A stretch of 64,000 nt of DNA from positions 1,408,001-1,472,000 of the forward strand of contig CP067995.1 of NCBI GenBank assembly GCA_045159875.1, given 5' to 3'. The notes beneath the pieces were generated by a model. The model saw only the letters and a list, made by a program, of their open reading frames with translations, ran no database searches and was not told the origin of the DNA. The DNA comes from a cyanobacterium endosymbiont of Rhopalodia gibba (GTDB lineage Bacteria; Cyanobacteriota; Cyanobacteriia; Cyanobacteriales; Microcystaceae). The position numbers and the translations under genes are program-made. How positions within the stretch are numbered: the first letter of the stretch is position 1; every line of letters starts with the position of its first letter. Below are positions 53,489 to 64,000 of this stretch, in pieces.

Positions 53489-54364
53489 ATGGTTACTCCT
53501 TCTAAATCAATCTCTGAACCTACTTGGCTAACGATTATTCGACTTTTGCGGTGGAATAAACCGGCTGGAAGGCTTATTTTAATGATTCCTGCGCTATGGG
53601 CAGTTACATTAGCATCTGGCGGAACTCCTCCTTTACTGTTAGTAGGAATAATTATTTTAGGAACCTTAGCCACCAGTGCAGCCGGTTGTGTTATTAATGA
53701 TTTGTGGGATAGAGATATTGATCTTCAAGTAAAAAGGACTTGTACCCGTCCTTTAGCAGAAAAGTCTTTATCCGTAAAAGTAGGTATTATTATTGCTTTT
53801 ATTGCTTTAGGGTGCGCAGTAATTTTAGCCTTTTATCTCAACAAATTAAGTTTTTGGCTCTGTGTTGCTGCGTTTCCTGTGATTGTTAGTTATCCTTTAG
53901 CTAAGCGGGTTTTCCCTTTTCCCCAATTAGTTTTGTCTATAGCGTGGGGGTTTGCTGTTTTAATCAGTTGGACGGCAGTGACAGCTCGGTTAGAATTTTC
54001 TACTTGGATATTATGGGGAACAACGGTATTTTGGACATTGGGATTTGATACAGTTTATGCTATGTCAGATCAGGAAGATGATAAAAAAATTGGAGTTAAT
54101 TCTAGTGCCTTATTTTTTGGGACTTATACTGCTAATGCTGTAGGAATATTCTTTGCCATAAGTGTTGGTTTATTATCCTATTTGGGAATAGTTTTAAGAC
54201 TTAAAATTGGATTTTGGATTACTGTACTTATTGCCCTAGTAGGTTGGATAAGTCAATACTTTTGCCTTCGTTCAAAAGATATTTCTCAATCTGTTTATGA
54301 AGAGATTTTTAGTCAGAATGTTATATTAGGTTTTCTCTTATTATTAGGGATGGTGTTCAGTTGA
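53489..54364 (+). CDS. ubiA: 4-hydroxybenzoate solanesyltransferase (UbiA family, plastoquinone synthesis; PlqA)
   Basis: LLRWNKPAG, GCVINDLWDRDID..RT..RPLA, YPLAKR, FDTVYAMSD..DD. Confidence 0.93.
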   Translation: MVTPSKSISEPTWLTIIRLLRWNKPAGRLILMIPALWAVTLASGGTPPLLLVGIIILGTLATSAAGCVINDLWDRDIDLQVKRTCTRPLAEKSLSVKVGIIIAFIALGCAVILAFYLNKLSFWLCVAAFPVIVSYPLAKRVFPFPQLVLSIAWGFAVLISWTAVTARLEFSTWILWGTTVFWTLGFDTVYAMSDQEDDKKIGVNSSALFFGTYTANAVGIFFAISVGLLSYLGIVLRLKIGFWITVLIALVGWISQYFCLRSKDISQSVYEEIFSQNVILGFLLLLGMVFS

Positions 54365-55800
54365 TTTCTTGTCTTAAATACTGTGTGGACATTTTTTGAC
54401 TTAGTTTAGTTTTATGAAATAAAAATAAGTTTTTTTATTACCTTTACCATTAATCATTTATAGATATTTTTAAAACCAAGTTTAAAGAATTAGTCAATAA
54501 TACTGTTAATTTTTTTTAGTTTCTTTAATAATTTGTCTGTAACTATTTACCATAAAATTTTTAATATAAATAGCCTAGTGTCTTCCATCCTTTACTATCA
54601 GAACAATTGTGATAAACTTCTTTTTTAAGAAAATCTGCTTAATTACTATCTGTTCAAGATGTTATTTTTCTAAAATGAACTAAACTGACTATATCCTTTT
54701 CATAATCTTGTGAATTTAGAGTCTCTTTCCTATTAGAGAATAATCCAGACTCTGTTCCAATAAACTTCTCAGTGGACTGGACCAACGAAAACAGAGTTTA
54801 TTATAAATTAGTATTTGTTTCTTTAAATCTAAGTACTCAAATAATAGTCATCTGTGGAGATACATTATCTTACTTAAAAAAATTACATCCATAAAGTCCA
54901 ACAATCAAAAAGTTAACTCATTAAATATTTTTTTAATCCGTAATCTTTCTTGATCAAGCCAAGGGAAATAACTCATATATAGGCTAGGTCCTAGGATAAT
55001 ATCAGGATTATTAAATGAAGAAGAAAAGATAAATTGCTCTAAAACTATAGATTTGATAATATCAATCAAGACTTCCATTGTAAACCCAACCCAAAATAAA
55101 ACTATTGACCAAACTTCAACACAACAAAAATGATAGATTTTTATTTTAAAAATCATTAAAGTTTTTAAATCTTTAATAAGATAGGGTTTTACATTTTTTT
55201 ATTAAGCCCAAAATTTACACTTCCCAAAAGTTAGCTAGTAATTTTTTAATTTTTCAGCAAATCTTCTAGATTACTCTAAACTTGTGAGATTTATCATATT
55301 TTCTAGTTACTATTGATTTAGTAATGGGAAGATTTACTCTAGTAAAAGATAAATTTTGGGTAACTTTTGTTAGCTTAAGAAGTTTAAGATTATATCCCTA
55401 ATACTGTTTGAAAGGATTGTTTTTGATAACTGGTTAACGAAAGTAAACTACTTCTAGTTTTTGCTTCAACAAAAGTTTTGAGAAAGTGACGACATTCTGA
55501 ACGAATATTAGAGGAAACAATCCAAGTTTTAGAAATTTTTTACCAATTGGAGAATCCCGTTAATTAAAGCCATCTTAAACTATCAATTCTTCTAAATCAT
55601 CAAAGCCTCTTAAAGTTCCGGCCATTTATTGTATTGACTTTCCATCTCAATTCTCAAAATAGTTTTCACCAAACTGAGGATAATTAATGGAAGGACCAAC
55701 TTCAACAATGGTTAATCCATAACGCTATCTGAGGTAATACTTCACCTCAGTAAAAGATTGCATCTATCTAATCTTAGAACTAAAAGTGACCTTTTTAAAA

Positions 55801-55874
<74 letters not shown>

Positions 55875-55933
55875 CCGCTTCTATGAGCATAGCAGAAACC
55901 ATAGGTCTATGGCAAGCTATTTACTAAACAATT

Positions 55934-56887
55934 TTAAATTATAGATAATTCCCCAATGACTTCAAGGCGTTTGCAGTTATTAAGGCTCATAAATTTTTCA
56001 GCTAAGGTTTCGGCTACACTAGGAGTTATCCAACCCATACTTCGCAATACATGAAGAGCTGTCACGTATTTAGCTCGTTTTGAACCATCTATTACTTTAA
56101 TAGCTAACCCCATTCCCTGTCCCACACGACCAACACATTGAATGCCTTCAGCACCAGATTTACTGACGAGTTCTCCTTCAGTTAAACGCATCAATTCTGT
56201 ATCAAAGGCTCCTTCCCCAGCTACCATTGTTGGGTAGTAAGTCATTGCTCGGACAATTCTTTCTAAGTCTAGGTTATTTCCCGATGTTAACTGAGCGTAT
56301 AAATGAGCCATTTGACTAAGCTTCATCGAGTAAGTAGGAGCTCCACAATCATCATAGGCACTGATCAATTCCGCCCCTGGTATCGCTAACAACTCACCAA
56401 TTTTGTCTAGGATTAAATGTTGTACAGGAGCAGATTTTTTAAGATAGGTATTAAGAGGCCAGTTGCGTTGTTGACAAATAGCTAACATTGCAGCATGTTT
56501 CCCTGAACAATTGTGCTGGAGAGAACTTTGAGATCCTTGAGGAATCGGGCATTGCAACGCACTGGGCTCAATATCAGCTCGCCAAAGTACATTGAAAACC
56601 TGTCGTGCCTGTTCAATCGTCCCTTGATGAGAGCTACAAATAACTGCTAAGTCTTTATCATTAAGTTCATAGCGTTCTAAGGTTCCAGTAGTAACTACAG
56701 CTATGGACTGAAAGGGTTTTAAAGCTGAACGAACAAAAGCGGTGGTTTCAGAATTTCCTGCAACTAATAAAAGTCTTCCACGAGCATCACAGACCATTGC
56801 TTCAACTTGATGAGCTGACTCAATAATGCCTTCTCGTAATAAATGAACTTCTAATTTAGGAGTATGGGTGCGTGTTCCTCTGGTCAT
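55934..56887 (-). CDS. L-asparaginase II family protein
   Basis: RSALKPFQ, CSSHQG, HNCSGKHAAML, DDCGAP, SKSGAEG, KVIDG. Confidence 0.92.
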   Translation of the reverse strand: MTRGTRTHTPKLEVHLLREGIIESAHQVEAMVCDARGRLLLVAGNSETTAFVRSALKPFQSIAVVTTGTLERYELNDKDLAVICSSHQGTIEQARQVFNVLWRADIEPSALQCPIPQGSQSSLQHNCSGKHAAMLAICQQRNWPLNTYLKKSAPVQHLILDKIGELLAIPGAELISAYDDCGAPTYSMKLSQMAHLYAQLTSGNNLDLERIVRAMTYYPTMVAGEGAFDTELMRLTEGELVSKSGAEGIQCVGRVGQGMGLAIKVIDGSKRAKYVTALHVLRSMGWITPSVAETLAEKFMSLNNCKRLEVIGELSII

Positions 56888-56936
56888 TCGATTCTAAAGT
56901 TTAGGGTTGTGGGTTAGTATTGGGTGTATCGAAATG

Positions 56937-57437
56937 TTATTGAGACAGCCACATGATGATATTACCAATGATAATGCCTACGATAATCACTTTTGTACGA
57001 GTTAGACGTTGTAGAATTGGGTCTACTTGGTAGGAGACAATCAGGCGATCACGAGTTAACACTTCTGGGGGTTTAAACCAAGTTTGTCCGTCATACCACC
57101 CTGATTCTTCATAAAAAATTGTTTTTTTTCTTAGGCGATTACCCACATAACACCAGCTTAATCCTAATTGTATGACGACTAGAGTAACCATTAACCCTGC
57201 CCCTAGGTTATTGCACAGGATAAATAAAAAAGGAGATGTTTTAGGAGGAAAACTAGCTGCAGTAATGGGAATGCTTAATATCCACCCAATTAGTCCTACA
57301 TAAGTAATTTTTCGCCAATAGAGTTTTGTCTCTAGAGTTGCCCATCGAAAAAAACACGATTTTTTTAAGTTTTCGTATTCGTTAACCGGCTGTTGTTCAG
57401 CAGGAACGGGACAGATGTTTATGGGTAATTCCCTCAT
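56937..57437 (-). CDS. ycf36: CGLD27 / Ycf36 (DUF1230) family membrane protein
   Basis: CPVPAEQQPVNEY, YEESGWYDGQTWFKP, RDRLI. Confidence 0.93.
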   Translation of the reverse strand: MRELPINICPVPAEQQPVNEYENLKKSCFFRWATLETKLYWRKITYVGLIGWILSIPITAASFPPKTSPFLFILCNNLGAGLMVTLVVIQLGLSWCYVGNRLRKKTIFYEESGWYDGQTWFKPPEVLTRDRLIVSYQVDPILQRLTRTKVIIVGIIIGNIIMWLSQ

Positions 57438-57463
57438 AATGATTGTATCTGTATAGCTTGCAA

Positions 57464-57877
57464 TTAAGATAATTCAATACGTTTAGCATGACCCCAAAAC
57501 GCTTCTAAGTTATAAAATTCTCGTTCTTCAGGTAGAAGAATATGAACGATAACATTCCCATAATCTTGAAGTATCCAAGTCCCTTGTCGTTTTCCTTCGA
57601 TGCGTAGGGGGGATTGTTTACAAGTCTGATCAACCTTGTCTTCGATTGCATCAGCAATTGCTTTAACTTGAGTAGTAGAAAATCCAGTAGCGATAATAAA
57701 GTAGTCACTTAAGTAAGAAATTTCTGTGACTTTTAAGACAACAATATTATCTGCTTTGCGGTCATCGGCTGCTTGGACAATTGCCAAGATAAGGTTTTGG
57801 TTTTTTGGGTCGGTTAAATTATCTGTCACCGTTAAGGTTAAGGTATTTTCTGGAGAAGATGGTTCGTAATTTATCAT
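57464..57877 (-). CDS. rsfS: Ribosome silencing factor (Iojap)
   Basis: AADDRKA, DYFIIATG, WILQDYGNVIVH, REFYNLEAFWGHA. Confidence 0.96.
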   Translation of the reverse strand: MINYEPSSPENTLTLTVTDNLTDPKNQNLILAIVQAADDRKADNIVVLKVTEISYLSDYFIIATGFSTTQVKAIADAIEDKVDQTCKQSPLRIEGKRQGTWILQDYGNVIVHILLPEEREFYNLEAFWGHAKRIELS

Positions 57878-57959
57878 TAAGGGTTGTTTTATTTTGGACT
57901 TTCAATAATTCATCGTTTAAGCAAGGTTAGAGTGTTACTTATTTTTTTAAACTGCAGTA

Positions 57960-58480
57960 AACTCTATTTTTGTTTGAGATAATGCCCAACTGCAAGTCAA
58001 AATGGCTTTTGGATAAGTATAACGATGTCCATCCAAATTAAGTTTTTTAAGGAAAGTGACAGATTGGCTACACACTTCCATAAAAATTTCGTTAACCAAA
58101 CACAATGCATAGTCCTTGACTTGAGCGCATTTTCCTGATTGTATTCTAGGGCATTAGCTGAACAATACGATACACATTTGTGAACTGCCTAGAATAGGAT
58201 TACTTGATAGCTGTAAAAATTTCTGTATCTTTTACCTTAAATTGTTTTCTACCTATGATTGTATTTGTTTCTGTCGAAAGTGAGTATAGATACAGATAAA
58301 ACGAATTTCTAGCTATTCGTTTCTTGCGACGGACAATAGTTTAGGTCGAAAACATAATTTAACTAAGTCATATATTAATCTTGCGATCGCTACTTTCTAG
58401 CAGCTAACTTGATAATGATTGGTTAATTCAATGCACACACATTCTTTCCCTACAATTAGGTTCTCGACAATAGGAAAAAA
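57960..58480 (-). pseudogene. yqeK: YqeK HD-domain Ap4A hydrolase pseudogene
   Basis: Fragments VCIELTNHYQV..KVAIARLIYDLVK (cf. AGLxHDLAK), FKVKDTEIFTAI, ANALE, YPKAILTCSWALSQ (cf. HPRxxxTRNWAL). It lies immediately upstream of rsfS, the usual yqeK position. Confidence 0.8.
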
Positions 58481-59528
58481 TATTATTTTTTATCTAAACA
58501 ATTAGTTGTTCTTGCACACTTGCTTATTACTAGTTTATCATTAAAAATTTTTTTTTACTCTATTGTATGTAGCGAGCTTATCATAATGAATTTCAAGATT
58601 TTTTTAGAAAAATTACAGTTACATTTTCTAATTTTATCGTAAAAATTTACTAAGTTTTTAGAACCATGATAAGTTATTAACAATTGAGTAACTCATTTTT
58701 GCCTGTAGACTATCCCTTAAGTAAAATTTATTCAATTACAATTCTGTCTTGTTACTGTACCTGTCCAAAATAGAAATACCGTCATCCATAATAATCTAAA
58801 GATAGTCCATTTGATATTTAAAAGGTTATTTATTTTTAAAAAATCATTTTTTAATTCATAGTAAATATAAAAAAAATTAATTTAAAAATTAACTATTTAC
58901 TTAGTTTTTTAAGGTCGTCTATCTTGATTATTAAAGACAATTACGAAAATCTATATTAATCTTAAACAGCCTCTGAGTAGGGAAGCTCACATAAGTATGA
59001 AATAGAGAATTAGTTAAATAAAGAAAATTACTGAATACTAGTCTGACTAAGAATTTTCTCTATTCTAGAGAAAATTTTGAAATATAAGGATTTACATTAA
59101 ACAATACTAACTAAAATAAGCAACTCTAAACAAATTACCTTTTTAACATTTATTTGGAGTTGTTTACCTGTCATAGTTGTTATCTTTTTGTTGTCAAATC
59201 TATTCTTCCCAGTTAATTAACGCCATGGTTTATTCTGGGAATTTAGTTAACTCTCAATTTACTAATATTTAGGTTAGACTCAAAAAAATAAAGGATTTTA
59301 CTTTGACCTCTCAAGTAAGAATAGAACAAATGATCTAGCTAAGTTACAGTTTGGAAGATAAATCTAGAAGAAATGACCTCTATATTAATTAATCAACTGT
59401 GATGATGCTTTAATCACAGATTTTGTTCTCTATTGACCACTCTAAAGAAGAATTTTTATTTATAAGTCTACCCAGACTTTAGAACTCTCATTAATATAAG
59501 TGATAGCAGTGACATAGATTCACAATAC

Positions 59529-61127
59529 ATGAAAAAGAGTGTTGCATGGTTGGTAGGGAGTTTAAGTGTCTTGGAAATTATGACCCCCATTAGGGCCTTA
59601 GAAAATTCTATAGGCGAAGCAGGAATTAATGCTGCAAAGTTACACAAAGACCCTTACAATCTAACGGGACGTAAAATTGCTATTGGTCAAGTAGAAATTG
59701 GCCGACCTGGACAATTTGGGTTTGATAAGATTGCTGCCTGGAATCCAAAGATTAATCTAGCAGGAGTCTATTTTCGTAACAATTTTGTCAAACCCAACAG
59801 CAATCTAGATAACCATGCGGCAATGGTAGCAACAATGATGGTGAGTCAAGATAAACGGGTACCCGGAGTTGCTCCAAAAGCTAGATTATACGCCTCAGCT
59901 GTTGGTGAGCTCAAACGAGGAGGACAACCTGAAGAATGTTTAGCCAGTCAACACGTAGCTCAGCAAAATGGTGGTGATGTTCGGGCGATTAATTTTAGTT
60001 TTGGGGAATCTTTACAACGAGATCCTAGAGAAAATGCTAGGCTTGATGGCAATGCTTTGTTGACTCAATGTATTGATTGGTCTGCAAGGGTTCATGACGT
60101 TCTTTATGTTATCGCCGGTAATCAAGGGGAGGGGGGTATTCCCATTCCTACAGACCATTACAATGGAATTACCACTGCTTATACAACTAAACAAAAAGGG
60201 AAATTTACTAAAGTTGATTTTGCGAATTTAAGTGCATTTCCAATAGGAATAGGTCGGCGTTTAATTAGACGCGAAATCAATACAGGATTAAGGCGAGCGG
60301 TGAGTTTAGTGGCCCCAGGGAATAAAATCATTCTATACGATCTGTCGGGCAAAATTAATGAGGTCAGCGGGACAAGTTTTGCTGCCCCTCATATTACGGC
60401 CTCAGTGGCTTTACTCCAGGAATTTGGTGATCGCCAACTACGAGAAAAAAAAGCTAATTGGAGTTTGGATTCTCGTCGCCATCAAGTCATGAAAGCTGTT
60501 TTGCTCAATTCTGCTGATAAATTGCGAGACCACGGCGATGGTTTGTTATTAGGTATGGTTCGCACAGTTTTAAGTAAAAAAAATCAAAACTGGTTAAAAT
60601 CTGATGCCTATCACGACCCAAAAACCCCTTTAGATATAGAAATGGGAACAGGACATCTAAATACCTTTCGGGCTTATCAACAATTTAGTGCCGGTCAATG
60701 GAAACCTGATAAGACAGTTTCTTCTTTAGGTTGGAATTACGATACGATAACCTATAATGAACATCATGATTATGTAATAAAAAATCCATTAAGCAAAGGA
60801 AGTTATGTTGCTATTACTCTTGTTTGGGACCGCCATGTTGAGTTGAATGATACTAATAGAAATAAGCGATATAATTTAGGCGAAACATTCCGTGATCGTG
60901 GCTTAAATAATTTAGATGTATATTTAATGCCGGCAACAAGTAAAAATATTTCTCAAAGTACTTGTTCTTCTATTAGTAAAGTAGACAACATTGAACACAT
61001 TTTTTGTCAAATTCCTAACACCGGCTCCTACAAAGTTCGGGTTCAGTATCCGCAACCTCTTAATCAACATAAACAACCTTATGGGTTAGCTTGGTGGACC
61101 GCTTCTTTAACGTCCTTTCCCCGGTAG
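59529..61127 (+). CDS. Exported S8 (subtilisin-like) serine peptidase
   Basis: Signal-like N-terminus, DNHAAMVA (His), GVAPKA, IAGN (oxyanion Asn), SGTSFAAPH (Ser). Confidence 0.92.
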   Translation: MKKSVAWLVGSLSVLEIMTPIRALENSIGEAGINAAKLHKDPYNLTGRKIAIGQVEIGRPGQFGFDKIAAWNPKINLAGVYFRNNFVKPNSNLDNHAAMVATMMVSQDKRVPGVAPKARLYASAVGELKRGGQPEECLASQHVAQQNGGDVRAINFSFGESLQRDPRENARLDGNALLTQCIDWSARVHDVLYVIAGNQGEGGIPIPTDHYNGITTAYTTKQKGKFTKVDFANLSAFPIGIGRRLIRREINTGLRRAVSLVAPGNKIILYDLSGKINEVSGTSFAAPHITASVALLQEFGDRQLREKKANWSLDSRRHQVMKAVLLNSADKLRDHGDGLLLGMVRTVLSKKNQNWLKSDAYHDPKTPLDIEMGTGHLNTFRAYQQFSAGQWKPDKTVSSLGWNYDTITYNEHHDYVIKNPLSKGSYVAITLVWDRHVELNDTNRNKRYNLGETFRDRGLNNLDVYLMPATSKNISQSTCSSISKVDNIEHIFCQIPNTGSYKVRVQYPQPLNQHKQPYGLAWWTASLTSFPR

Positions 61128-61159
61128 CTTCTCTTGAGTAAGTCAAAAAGTAATTGCTA

Positions 61160-61790
61160 AGTCCTTGCAGGAGGATAAATTTCTTCTGTCAAGTTAACTC
61201 TAAGAATGCAGTAGAGTCTAAAACGGGACTGTTTCCTCAAAAATGTTCGAGTTTGTATTCTCTGTCTATCAGGGAACAAGTCATAATTGTAGGTTAGTTT
61301 AGCTATAAAGCTAATAACTCTGTTTCTAACATAATCCACCATCCGATTTCATTAACTCCAAAACTCCAATACTCCAATACTTTCAGTAAATATGTTATTT
61401 CAAGTACATAATCATTTTGTCGATTCATCCATACAAGTTGAATAGCTAGAGCGACAGATTCTTTATTTTTAATCATTGATACTTTTTTTGCAAAAGGAGT
61501 TTATTTACTGATGTTAATCCTCTGACCGCTATGATATCGGGTTTATATTCAGTACCTTTCAAGATTCTAATAATATATTCTCTGATGATCAAATAGGAAT
61601 CCTACCTCTCTTCAACCACTGACTTTATGCATTTAATCATAAATTCAGCAATCTCCGAATACTTCTCTCGATTTTTATCTCTCAATAATCACCCCACACC
61701 TCAATTGATAGGAGTTTTCCGTACCCTTTAAATAACAATTCAGAAATTGATCTATTGAAAACAGTGCTTTACCAAGCAGTAGCAATTCAA
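61160..61790 (-). pseudogene. Uma2-family (DUF820) endonuclease remnant
   Basis: Ordered fragments SIDQFL, SYQLRCGVIIE, EYKPDIIAV, VALAIQLVWMNRQNDY, VLEYW, VDY, CSLIDREYK, across frameshifts and stops. Confidence 0.72.
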
Positions 61791-63227
61791 GCAGTAGCAA
61801 TTATTGAGCTCATTATCACCACAGATTCTTACTTTCTGACTTAATTAAGATAGAAATTTTAAATTTTCACACTAAATTTACAGATATATTATTTTTTTGA
61901 AATACTTTAGTTCTAAGTAATTAAAGGTAGACTGATAAAATCATCTTATTATATTTTATCAGTTAAAAGTCAATTGTTAATCAAAAAAATTACTAAAAAA
62001 ATACTTATAGAAAAGTCACTAATAGTTAAATTTAATATTTTATAGTGAGCGACAGTTACAAGAAAAATCTGTTTATAACATCTAGATCAATAAAGAGATT
62101 AACAAACGCAGTAGAAAAGTAAAAAGTTAAATAGATGTAGCTTATCAAAAATAGAGCAATAGATATAATTTTTTTTATTTCTATTGTTTCAATTGGCTTT
62201 AACTAAAATAGTTAATGTGTACTAAGTAGTTATAAAAAATAATTGTTGCATCTATTTCTTTGTATCTACAGTATTTCTTGAATATATTTAACACTTATTT
62301 AAGAAGTTTCTATTTTTCTAAGTTCTTTTTCTGTGGGAAATAAATCAATTTTTATACTCACTTTTATTCCCTTATATTTATAGTAACTTTTTTAAATTTT
62401 TACGAATTTTTTCAGGATCTAATTAGACTTTTCTTCATAATTTTTTAAATCATAGAATTTTCTAATTTCTTGCTGGAGAAGATGTTAATCTATATAGTGC
62501 TTCCGATGAACTAGTTGGCACTTCAAGTGCCACCGACTGATGAAAAGAATAACCTAAATGTATTCTGGTGAATATTCTGGAAAAAGATTTACTCCCAACA
62601 ATCACCAAATAATTGTTACTAATGGTACATTATTTTATTTTGAAACCCAAAACAGCCACACTATTACCACTGACTGACAATTTATAATTTAGGTTGAAGA
62701 TTCTTAAACTCTGATTATGAATGATCCACAAAATTAAGTAAATATCATTCATGCCTCAAAAAATAATTTAGGAGGCAATGATAGTTTAGAGCAATTCAGA
62801 GGATGATAGATATCATTTATCCTGAGACTGATGACCGTATTAATATAAAGCTGATAATGACCTGATTTTACTATACTGCAGTGGATGATCTTTTCCTTGC
62901 CAATACTAATATCATTAACGATGGTAACTTATCTGAAAAAGACAAAATCAAATTCCTTGCCACGAGCTTAAAATCTGGTTTCTTCAGAAGTGATTAGAAT
63001 ATTCATCAAGACATCTTTAACACAGTGATTGAGTCCTTTAGATTTCTGAAAAACTAAGATCTTCAGTTTAATTGAAGCCAATTGTGTGTTTAATGGTTAA
63101 TTTCATCAACTTCAATATAAAAAGGTTATTATCTCGCAATTTTTGCCTTTAAAAGCGGTAGTAGAAGTGACTCACCACCGCTATAAGTTGGGGTTAATAA
63201 TCCAGATAATTATTCGATAACCCCTCA

Positions 63228-64000
63228 TTAATCTGTAGCCTTAGCTAACAAATCTTGCTTGTTTTCTCCGGGTATAACCTTGACTTTGCCATCTTCACCA
63301 ATGTCCACTAATGCGGTATCCCCTTCACCAACTCGGCCTGAAAGAATCTCTTCAGCTAAGATATCTTCAAGAAGACGCATAATGGCACGACGTAAAGGTC
63401 GTGCCCCATAAGCGGGGTTATATCCTTCTTCCACTAAACGTTCTTTGAACTTGTCAGTAACATTCAAAGTAATAGTTTTTTCAGTTAACCGAGCAAAGAC
63501 TTCTTTAAGAAGAAGTTCAGAAATTTCTTTAACTTCATTCTTATTCAACTGACGGAAGACGATAATTTCATCGAGACGGTTAAGGAATTCAGGACGGAAG
63601 TAATTCTTTAATTCCTCATTAACCAAAGCTCGAATCCGATTATATTGGGCCTCCGTTTTATTGTCTTCAAACTCAAATCCGAGGCCACCACCACCTTTTT
63701 CGATCACTTTAGACCCGATATTAGAGGTCATGATCAACAGGGTATTTTTAAAATCTACTGTACGACCCTTAGCGTCAGTGAGGCGACCGTCTTCTAAGAT
63801 TTGCAAAAGCATATTGAAGACGTCAGGGTGTGCTTTCTCAATTTCATCAAAGAGAACCACTGTATAAGGACGACGGCGCACTGCTTCAGTTAACTGGCCC
63901 CCTTCGTTGTAACCCACATATCCAGGAGGAGAACCGATCAACTTAGATACCGTATGGCGTTCCATATATTCGGACATATCCAGACGGATCATGGCATCTT
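63228..64000 (-). CDS. clpC: ATP-dependent Clp protease ATP-binding subunit ClpC, C-terminal part (5' end outside window)
   Basis: [60 protein letters not shown]. Confidence 0.96.
   Translation of the reverse strand, partial: DAMIRLDMSEYMERHTVSKLIGSPPGYVGYNEGGQLTEAVRRRPYTVVLFDEIEKAHPDVFNMLLQILEDGRLTDAKGRTVDFKNTLLIMTSNIGSKVIEKGGGGLGFEFEDNKTEAQYNRIRALVNEELKNYFRPEFLNRLDEIIVFRQLNKNEVKEISELLLKEVFARLTEKTITLNVTDKFKERLVEEGYNPAYGARPLRRAIMRLLEDILAEEILSGRVGEGDTALVDIGEDGKVKVIPGENKQDLLAKATD

Overview
AT-rich, low-coding-density window from a unicellular (Chroococcales / Cyanothece-Crocosphaera-like) cyanobacterial genome undergoing reductive evolution. Intact genes include lgt, xfp, gap, a PEP-synthase-like protein, ygfZ, cobU, gnd, dapL, pgm, pth, PSRP-3, atpD-atpC, ppx, ubiA/plqA, rsfS and partial clpC, plus one rRNA operon (16S-tRNA-Ile-23S-5S, minus strand) and an initiator tRNA-Met. 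They are separated by long spacers that hold gene relics missed by the ORF track: a collapsed photosystem II psbD-psbC operon, a recently inactivated CbiO/EcfA ATPase, yqeK, a Uma2 endonuclease, a SAM methyltransferase, an alpha/beta hydrolase and an IS982-family transposase. Together these suggest (inference) a non-photosynthetic cyanobacterial endosymbiont such as the spheroid body/diazoplast of rhopalodiacean diatoms. Other signals are an unannotated 52-aa Cys/His zinc-ribbon ORF, a candidate structured RNA/micro-ORF with a perfect Shine-Dalgarno, many unrelated long perfect inverted repeats in eroded spacers (up to a 50-bp loopless palindrome), and HIP1 octamers decayed at the normally methylated cytosine. 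All family calls come from recognising motifs by eye; no database search was run.
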